Of a DNA stretch of 56,389 bases, positions 49,381 to 56,389 are shown one piece after another. Under the pieces are notes generated by a model. That model saw only the letters and a list, made by a program, of their open reading frames with translations. It made no database searches and was not told the DNA's origin. Every line of letters starts with the position of its first letter. Positions within the stretch are counted from its first letter, which is position 1. Both the position numbers and the translations under genes were made by a program. The stretch is from Promethearchaeota archaeon (GTDB taxonomy: Archaea > Asgardarchaeota > Lokiarchaeia > Sigyniarchaeales > SOKP01): contig JBHLLT010000008.1 in NCBI GenBank assembly GCA_048938855.1, positions 1 through 56,389 on the forward strand, written 5' to 3'.

Positions 49381-50175
49381 ATGTCAAGTTCGAGTTTAGA
49401 AGTAAAATGGGTTGATTTTGTTAAAAAACTTCGAGGTGTGGGCGCCTTATTATTCTTTGTATTCGTTCCATATTTAGCATTTTTTATAATTCCAATCCAG
49501 TTCGTTTTAACTCTAATCGCTATAAGGGATATCAAAATTATTAATCAAGAATTGAACAACTCACTTCTTTACAATTTTTATTCAAAATACCAAACAGCAA
49601 CTATAGTTAAATTCATTGGTTCAATAGTAGTTCATTTAGGAGCAGCGTTGATGGCAGCAGTCATAACTTTTGGTTTTCCTCATCTTTTACCCTACAATGG
49701 ATTACCACCTGCCATCGTTTTATTAATCATTGGATTTATAATAATGATTATTGGTAGTGCTGTTGAAGTTGGTGCTTGGGATAATCTCAAATTTTTTATA
49801 AAGGATCACAAAGATATGTTTCCAGCAAGAAATCTTTATGATACTATATCAAGCATAGAAAATTTACGTACAGGAGCTTTCCTTTGGGCTCTTGGTTTTC
49901 TAATTATTCCAATAGTGATAGGGTGGATATTTCAGCTTATAGGATATTTCACTTTAAGTAATATTGCCAAATGGGGTATGAAACTTGAACCAATCATCCC
50001 AATGTCTCAAGATTTCGAATCAGTATCTAATATACCTCAAAAACTTCAGTCAGTTCCCATATCTCCTCTAGAAACAGAACTAAAAGATATTATTAAGTTT
50101 TGTCCTATGTGTGGAGCTAAAATTCCTGAAGGAGCTATATATTGTGGAGAATGTGGGGTGAATTTAAGAAGTTAA
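49381..50175 (+). CDS. Membrane protein with C-terminal zinc ribbon
   Basis: Several TM helices, C-terminal FCPMCG...YCGECG. Confidence 0.8.
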   Translation: MSSSSLEVKWVDFVKKLRGVGALLFFVFVPYLAFFIIPIQFVLTLIAIRDIKIINQELNNSLLYNFYSKYQTATIVKFIGSIVVHLGAALMAAVITFGFPHLLPYNGLPPAIVLLIIGFIIMIIGSAVEVGAWDNLKFFIKDHKDMFPARNLYDTISSIENLRTGAFLWALGFLIIPIVIGWIFQLIGYFTLSNIAKWGMKLEPIIPMSQDFESVSNIPQKLQSVPISPLETELKDIIKFCPMCGAKIPEGAIYCGECGVNLRS

Positions 50176-50217
50176 ATAATAATTAATCCCTTTTTTTAAT
50201 TATTATTTACTTATAAT

Positions 50218-51351
50218 TTAGAATGCAATATATGCTTCTTTTATTGCTGAACAACCACCACATTTTACACAACCAGCTTTATTCTTTAAAGGGTTAACAT
50301 CATACTGTTTCATTAATTTTGCTGCAATTGTGTAAATTTCTAATAATTCACTATAATTTGTGGCGGGTAATTCTTTTTTTCCGGGAATTGACCTTACTGG
50401 TGTAATATAAGGAATAACACCAATAGCAATTACGTTCTCTAAATCTTTTAAAAATTTTTCTTTGGATTCTCCGAATCCAGTTAATATATAGCTACTAACC
50501 TGATTCTTTCCAAAGACATCTATGGCATGGTTCCAATTCTCCTCGAAAATTTCATAGGAAATACTAGATTTACCAGGCGTAATCTCCTTTCTTAGTGATT
50601 CATCAAGAACTTCAATATGAATTCCAATCGAATCCGCACCAGCTTCTTTCAACCTATCTATATAACTTAAATCATCTAAAGCTTCAATTTGAACATGTAC
50701 AGGAATATCAGGGTGTTTTGCTTTAATTCCATTTAATAACTCAATATAACGATTTGCTCCCTTATCGATTTTTTCATCTGTTCCGCTTGTTAATGTCATA
50801 TGAGAGCATCTCCCTTCTTTTTTTGCTGCCGTAATTACTTCAGACATCTGTGTAGCATTTTTTTCTTCTATTGTTGTATCATATTGTAGACTTAATTCAA
50901 TACCGCAAAATGCACAAGGTTCACCACATGCCCAATAAACACATTTTTGGTATATTGTACTGGCTAAGCAATCGATACCATGCACCAGAGCTACTTTTTT
51001 CATGTCTATCCCATCTGAAGTCTTTTGTGTATAAAATCTTGGATTTTTAACAAGTTCTACTTCCGCAAAAGATCGATCATTTATTCTATCATAGATTTTA
51101 AAATATTCTCCATTCTTTTCTCCAAGGACTAAGTTTGTTTTTTCTTGACGATTCCAAAGAGCAACATTAACTAAAGTGCTATTATCCTCTAATATAAAAT
51201 ATCTCCCACCGAGAGGTCCAGCTCCGCCTTTCCTTCCAAAATCAATTTCAATTCCTTGGTCTTTATATTTATTGAACAATTCTTTGTCTAAGTATAGTCC
51301 TTTACACAATAATTCAGTTTTTTGGATAAGTGCAGTTTTTGCATCAATCAT
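50218..51351 (-). CDS. Radical SAM protein, MSMEG_0568/NitD-like family
   Basis: KTELLCKG, RKGGAGP, TSDG....VALVHG.D.LAST, C....CGEPCAFC, TPGK, C-terminal AGCVKCGGCS. Confidence 0.8.
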   Translation of the reverse strand: MIDAKTALIQKTELLCKGLYLDKELFNKYKDQGIEIDFGRKGGAGPLGGRYFILEDNSTLVNVALWNRQEKTNLVLGEKNGEYFKIYDRINDRSFAEVELVKNPRFYTQKTSDGIDMKKVALVHGIDCLASTIYQKCVYWACGEPCAFCGIELSLQYDTTIEEKNATQMSEVITAAKKEGRCSHMTLTSGTDEKIDKGANRYIELLNGIKAKHPDIPVHVQIEALDDLSYIDRLKEAGADSIGIHIEVLDESLRKEITPGKSSISYEIFEENWNHAIDVFGKNQVSSYILTGFGESKEKFLKDLENVIAIGVIPYITPVRSIPGKKELPATNYSELLEIYTIAAKLMKQYDVNPLKNKAGCVKCGGCSAIKEAYIAF

Positions 51352-51551
51352 GGTTTTCTAAAGAGCTAAATATTATTTCTGATGATATTTTAAATTACTA
51401 TTTGTTAATTATTTCCAATGGAATTTAAATTTAGAGCTTATTTAATTTTGAGTTTTATTGAAAATAAATTATAAATATAAACTTTTATTAACAACATTAT
51501 CCAATTACATTTCACTATAAAAGAAAAAGGAAATCTAAAAGTGATTAAATA

Positions 51552-51965
51552 ATGCCTAAATTAGAAAGAAAAGTGGATATTAATGCATCTCAAGATATAA
51601 TTTGGAAAATAATTGACGACGATGATAATTATGCAAAATGGAATATTGTTGTAAATGAAGTAAAAAAACTTGGTGAAGGAAATTATTTTTTTAAGACTAA
51701 TGTTGGAGACATCACCTCCACTCGCCTTGAAACAAATCCTCCTAAAAGTTTAGCGGCCACTCAAGAAGGGAGTCCAATGACCAGTTTAGGATATAAATTA
51801 GAACCAAAAGGAGATGTTATAGAAGCAACCATATGGGCTGAATTTGATGATGCTAAACAAGAACCTATTTTAGGAATTGCTGGAGAAATGCTTTTGAAAA
51901 GTTTACAAAAATATGCTGAATATTTAGATTCTGGAGGAAATCCAGATACTTTTAGTAAAAAATAA
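51552..51965 (+). CDS. SRPBCC (START-like) ligand-binding protein
   Basis: VDINAS...IW..I.D...Y.KW, C-terminal helix LKSLQKYAE. Confidence 0.75.
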   Translation: MPKLERKVDINASQDIIWKIIDDDDNYAKWNIVVNEVKKLGEGNYFFKTNVGDITSTRLETNPPKSLAATQEGSPMTSLGYKLEPKGDVIEATIWAEFDDAKQEPILGIAGEMLLKSLQKYAEYLDSGGNPDTFSKK

Positions 51966-52175
51966 TCTACCAAATTGATAAATTTCTTTTTTTTTATTGT
52001 TTAACAAATATCTATATTTCTTCATCGAATCTACATAAAATACTGTTTTGCTATGATAAAACTTATTAGAAATAACAAATTTTAAACAATCATAACAAAA
52101 TATATTTGATATATTTAAATATACCGTTTATTAGAAATATTAAAGAAAACTAACTGAAATGGTGATCTAGAAGAA

Positions 52176-52808
52176 ATGGCGCATAAAAGACCATGGCATT
52201 GTTATTCTAGCTGGAGTAGAAGGCCATTCCAATATAAAAGATCCTCAAACCGTAGACGTGAGTATGCTAGAGGTGGTTCTCAATCAAAAATACAAAGGTA
52301 CTGGGGTGGGAACACTAATGAAGCTTGGGAAGATTGGGAACTTGTTATTGGATTAAAAGCAAACAACCAAGTTCAAATCTCATCAAATACTTTAGAAGCA
52401 ATAAGAGTTACAATAAATGGTGTTCTTCAAAGAAAACTCGGACGACAAAACTATCGACTTCGAATAAGACCAAAACCATTTCAAAAATATAGAGAGAACC
52501 GAATGTTAGCTTTTGCAGGGGCAGATCGTGTTCAATCGGGAATGAGAAATTCATTTGGAAGATCCACAGGTGTATGTGCTCGAATTAGGGCAGGACAGGT
52601 AGTTGCAGATGTAGGATGCTACCTTAGAAATCTTCCCCTAATTAGAGATAGATTGAGAGTGGCATCCATGAAAATATCAGGATCTTGTCAGATTGTAGTT
52701 TTGAAATATAAAACCCCAGAACTGCTAAAAAAATCAGGATTACCATTATATGATGACAAAAAAAGAAGAGAAATACCTCTTTATGAATTAGAATATGTTA
52801 CTGTTTAA
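52176..52808 (+). CDS. rpl10e: 50S ribosomal protein uL16 (L10e)
   Basis: KRP..CY, QI.SNTLEA.R, RENRML.FAGADR.QSGMR.SFG; GGTGA SD at 52161. Confidence 0.95.
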   Translation: MAHKRPWHCYSSWSRRPFQYKRSSNRRREYARGGSQSKIQRYWGGNTNEAWEDWELVIGLKANNQVQISSNTLEAIRVTINGVLQRKLGRQNYRLRIRPKPFQKYRENRMLAFAGADRVQSGMRNSFGRSTGVCARIRAGQVVADVGCYLRNLPLIRDRLRVASMKISGSCQIVVLKYKTPELLKKSGLPLYDDKKRREIPLYELEYVTV

Positions 52809-52820
52809 AATTCATTAAAA

Positions 52821-53702
52821 TTAAGATATTTCTGTATTATTCTTTTTTTCTGGCTCTTCTTTCTTTTTCTTGAAAATGTTCATTAAGAAAACTCCGATAA
52901 TAATTACTATAATAGATAATATTATTCCTAAGGAAACACTTGCTCCTTCGACAATTAGAACCTCAAAAAGTACAGGTGCCGAAATATATAAAGAATTATA
53001 CATAGGGACTAACCGTGAAGCATCAGCCCCTTTAGCAAATCCTATTTGAGTTATAATTAATGCGAAAAATCCAGCAAGGAAACTAAACAGGAAAATAAAA
53101 CTGTCAAGTTCTAATCTAAAAAGACCAACTAAAGCATCAATAAAATTACTTGACGATAATCCAATTCTTTTTAAAACGTTATCGGTCCCCCCTAAAGTTC
53201 CGGCTACAGCCCCGAATATAAAAGCTATAGCAATCTTAGTTTTCCATGAAAATCCTATAAGGAGTGTAAATAGGATAATAATTACTAATATTAATATAAA
53301 AAAGTTCACATAGTTTACATTTTCTTCTGGTATTGGAGGTTCCAGTATAAAGAAAACTCCAACCATTGTTGTTCCAATGATGATTAAAATTGCTCCTAAC
53401 AATTCGGTTTTTGAGATCTCTTCATATAAAATATATCGGGAATATAACATTAATAAAATTAGTCCTAATCCAAAGACACTAGAAAATATTGATGCTGAGG
53501 CAAAAGTAGTTCCTAATATCTGCCATATAATAACTGTGTTATTTAATATAAACCCTATAATATAAATTAGTGGTTTTTTACCTTTTTCTTTAAAAGATTT
53601 CTTTCTAGAAAATATCTCAATACCATGCCTTTCCATGGCTTTTGATAGATGCAATACTAAGGTACTAATTATTCCAAATAACAATCCTAAAGCAACCGAC
53701 AT
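52821..53702 (-). CDS. DMT-superfamily (NIPA-like) transporter
   Basis: About 9 TM helices, E.I...ELLG..LI..G, Q.GF..G.AS..VP. Confidence 0.7.
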   Translation of the reverse strand: MSVALGLLFGIISTLVLHLSKAMERHGIEIFSRKKSFKEKGKKPLIYIIGFILNNTVIIWQILGTTFASASIFSSVFGLGLILLMLYSRYILYEEISKTELLGAILIIIGTTMVGVFFILEPPIPEENVNYVNFFILILVIIILFTLLIGFSWKTKIAIAFIFGAVAGTLGGTDNVLKRIGLSSSNFIDALVGLFRLELDSFIFLFSFLAGFFALIITQIGFAKGADASRLVPMYNSLYISAPVLFEVLIVEGASVSLGIILSIIVIIIGVFLMNIFKKKKEEPEKKNNTEIS

Positions 53703-53808
53703 TAAAGATAACTCTAGATATCTTAATTTATAGATTATCTGAAATACTTAAATAAATCTAGGTAAATTATAAAATATTATATACTGTTAATAAAAATATT
53801 AAAATCAT

Positions 53809-55170
53809 TTGAATTTAAAATTGAGAAATCTCGAACCATTTTTCAATCCTAAGAGTATTTTAATAGTGGGGGTTTCAAGAAAAGCTTATACTTTTAGTTA
53901 TACTATTCTTAAGAATCTTTTAGAAATCTTTTATCGGGGTAAGGTTTACATTCTAAATCCAAATGCAGATGAAATTCTCGGTATTCAATCTTATCATGCT
54001 TTGGAGGAGTTGCCAGAAAAACCAGAACTAGCAGTAATTGTAGTAGGTAAGAAAATTGCAGAAATTTTTGAAAAATTAGCGAAATTCGGAGTTAAAAACA
54101 TCGCTATTGAATCAGAACTAAGAATAGAATTAGAAGATCCCATACTTATAGCAAATTTGCAACATATCAGTCAACAATATGGTGTATCATTCATGGGGCC
54201 TTCTATGTTAGGTATTATTAATTTTAATAATAATTTTACAACTTCAATAATTCCAGTTAGACAATATCTAATGCAAAAGCATAAAAAAATAAAGGAAGGT
54301 ATTAGTTTTATTGCCCAATCAGGTGGTTTAGCCGGTGCAATGGGTTGGTGGGCGCCTTCTCAAGATTTACCAATCTCTAAAGTAATCCATTTAGGATATG
54401 GATTTGATGTAAATGACGCAGATGTCTTGGAGTATTTTAAAGAGGATGAAACCACTAAAGTTATTTCACTTTTTTTAAGGGAAATTACTGATGATATAAT
54501 TTCTGTTGTGGAAAAATTAGCTCCTATTAAACCAGTCTTATTTTTTTATGTAGGAAAAGATGAGGAAAGAGAAAAAAAATTAATTCAAGTTGGGGGAATC
54601 AGTGTTGTAAATTATATTGAACTTTTTGATATTGCAAAGATATTTCTTTGGTGTCCAGAGCCTAAAGGATCTAATTTGGGAATAATAGGGCCAAGTTCTG
54701 GAGCAATTTATTTAATTGTCAAGGAAATGAGAAACCAAGAATTATCACTTGCTAAGGTAACACAAGAACACAGAGATATTATTCTCGATAAAGTAGGAGG
54801 CTCAACCTGTAAATTAGGAAATCCAGTAGATTATTGGCCACCAGAAAAGTTTGTGGGTACAAAGATTTGTGAGATATATAATACTTCTTCTAAAACACTT
54901 TTAAATGATGATGCGGTTGATGGATTAATTCTTGCTTTGGAGTTCTTTATTGAAATTGAATTTGATTTTATCATTTTTGAGAAGATAAAGAAAGCTTTTC
55001 CTAATAAACCAATTATAACAATATTAATTCAAGCTGAACACGAAGGGGCAAAAAGAGTCGTTAAGGCGGCTTCGAATCTCAAAATTCCTGTTTTTGATAA
55101 TGAAATAGAGCGCGCTGTCAGAGGTTATAAATTACTGTACGATTGGCATTCAAAAATAAAAAAGAAATAG
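53809..55170 (+). CDS. ADP-forming acyl-CoA synthetase alpha-subunit-like protein lacking the phospho-His loop
   Basis: FFNPKSI..VGVS, NP, GP..LG, QSGG, GNPVD; no SHTG motif. Confidence 0.78.
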   Translation: MNLKLRNLEPFFNPKSILIVGVSRKAYTFSYTILKNLLEIFYRGKVYILNPNADEILGIQSYHALEELPEKPELAVIVVGKKIAEIFEKLAKFGVKNIAIESELRIELEDPILIANLQHISQQYGVSFMGPSMLGIINFNNNFTTSIIPVRQYLMQKHKKIKEGISFIAQSGGLAGAMGWWAPSQDLPISKVIHLGYGFDVNDADVLEYFKEDETTKVISLFLREITDDIISVVEKLAPIKPVLFFYVGKDEEREKKLIQVGGISVVNYIELFDIAKIFLWCPEPKGSNLGIIGPSSGAIYLIVKEMRNQELSLAKVTQEHRDIILDKVGGSTCKLGNPVDYWPPEKFVGTKICEIYNTSSKTLLNDDAVDGLILALEFFIEIEFDFIIFEKIKKAFPNKPIITILIQAEHEGAKRVVKAASNLKIPVFDNEIERAVRGYKLLYDWHSKIKKK

Positions 55171-55174
55171 AAAA

Positions 55175-56389
55175 TTAACTTCTAAAAATATCTCTCAATT
55201 CATCGGGAATTTCTGCTGATTCATCCATTAATGAAAGAGCATAGACTTGATCCCCGCACATACATTTTTTTCCTTCAAATAAGTAGAATTTGAACTGGTT
55301 CTTCCAATTACATATTTGAACACTTTTAAATTCAGCAATTTCTCCACAAACACAATAAATCGCCATTTCTTCCGAGTAGTTAGGCATAATAATTGAAAAA
55401 TCATTTGGTGCTTTATCGAATTCAGAATCGTTTAACATTTCGTTAATCTTATCGGCAAATTTATCTCTTAAAACTGGTTCAAAATAGTCAATTATCCCAT
55501 CATGTCCCTTCATACTAGCAAGAACGATAAAGTTTTTCTCTGGTTTTTCAATCGCTCTTCTTTCAGGAATAATAGGTTGGTCATATTGCTGAAGCTGTGG
55601 AGGCACTGAGAAAGGTACTATACCAGAAGGATATTCAAAGGTATAAATGTACTGCATTGTTCCTCTTACATTCCTTTGGCTTACTAAATTTAAATTTTCA
55701 TAATCTTGGCTATGCAGAACAAATTTTATTAATTGAAGAGGAACGTGCAATTCAATAAGTCTCGCTCGAATATTCTCTAATAATTCACTTGCATAATTCT
55801 TCAAGATCATAATATCTTCTCTGTATTCAGAATAGATTAGATTCTTATTTTCTTCTTTAAATGCAAACCATTTTTTTACAACACTATTTCTAATTAATTG
55901 AGGCGCCAAACAAAAGACACACAATAAAGGAAGCACAAAATAAGTAAGATCAGGCCAAATAAAAGCAATTATTACAGGAATAAACATTGGTAGCATAAGC
56001 ATTAATGATATTTTTCGTAATCGCTTTTCAACTGAGTTCTTAACACCCTTACTAATCGCAAGCTTTTCTGACTCCGTTTTTAACTTATTTACAATATCTA
56101 ATATCTCTCTTGATTCAAAAGTCTGTTTTAAAAGTTTATCTTCTTCTCTTACTAAACTGTTTAAATGTGAGGTTGTTTCCTTTATATATTGATTTAGTAC
56201 ATTATCATTAAAGATGAATTGCAATGTTTCTTCAGAAAAATAGTCTAAAAACCGAACAATTCTCAGTTTCTTTTCGATATCTTTTATATCAATTTCATTC
56301 AGACCAAGTGCTTCTTGGATCATTTGACCCTGTGTTTTTCTTGTTTGTCTTCCGAACTTTTTCTTATTTTTCTTTTCAGTCCCCGAGCT
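55175..56389 (-). CDS. Hypothetical 2-TM protein with C-terminal CxC..CxC motif; probably N-terminally truncated by the window edge
   Basis: Frame is open from the 56323 ATG to the window end (SSGTEKKNKKKFGRQTRKTQGQM...); CVCG and CMCG in the C-terminus. Confidence 0.7.
   Translation of the reverse strand, partial: SSGTEKKNKKKFGRQTRKTQGQMIQEALGLNEIDIKDIEKKLRIVRFLDYFSEETLQFIFNDNVLNQYIKETTSHLNSLVREEDKLLKQTFESREILDIVNKLKTESEKLAISKGVKNSVEKRLRKISLMLMLPMFIPVIIAFIWPDLTYFVLPLLCVFCLAPQLIRNSVVKKWFAFKEENKNLIYSEYREDIMILKNYASELLENIRARLIELHVPLQLIKFVLHSQDYENLNLVSQRNVRGTMQYIYTFEYPSGIVPFSVPPQLQQYDQPIIPERRAIEKPEKNFIVLASMKGHDGIIDYFEPVLRDKFADKINEMLNDSEFDKAPNDFSIIMPNYSEEMAIYCVCGEIAEFKSVQICNWKNQFKFYLFEGKKCMCGDQVYALSLMDESAEIPDELRDIFRS

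Noticed and set aside
4531-53565. Numerous 60-160 aa ORFs nested antisense or out of frame within larger genes (e.g. 14673-15011, 20060-20395, 24068-24553, 48506-48970)
   Set aside because: No motifs; explained as shadow frames of well-supported genes
56320-56388. Separate upstream gene ending in an ATGA overlap (ARGLKRKIRK...VK*)
   Set aside because: Cannot be distinguished from the in-frame extension of the 55175 gene, which is also open to the edge; left unresolved
1-56389. CRISPR arrays, IS elements/integrases, tRNA/rRNA, selenoprotein UGA read-through with SECIS
   Set aside because: No regularly spaced repeats, transposase motifs, cloverleafs or TGA-interrupted conserved ORFs were seen by eye; tRNAscan/Infernal not run

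Overview
AT-rich archaeal chromosomal window, very probably Asgard (Lokiarchaeia-like). The basis is an archaeal uL16/L10e, an archaeal type-A RNase P RNA, a Loki-CTERM-like 'IPGY+TM+basic' sorting tail, SIR2-TPR and expanded B12 radical-SAM families, and frequent TTG starts. No mobile element or CRISPR array was seen. The left half holds housekeeping and metabolic genes: rnpB, glnA, dnaK-dnaJ divergent from grpE, a B12 acyl-CoA mutase operon with isobutyryl-CoA-mutase signature residues, and two large secreted proteins. The most striking region is about 30-49 kb, a dense cluster of putative membrane glycolipid/glycoconjugate tailoring enzymes. It holds three B12-binding radical SAMs, a further radical SAM, a CE4 deacetylase, UDP-galactopyranose mutase, three GT2s, a membrane LbH acyltransferase, a hydrolase and a sulfotransferase, and ends in a CDP-alcohol phosphotransferase-GT2-LuxE-like acyl-protein synthetase trio. 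Features missing from or truncated in the ORF track were recovered: the RNase P RNA, a 5' SIR2-TPR gene, a 38-aa mini-rubredoxin and the true N-terminus of the SPFH gene. Three apparent pseudoenzymes (SIR2, rubrerythrin, ACD-alpha) were noted. All calls come from motif reading only; no searches were run.
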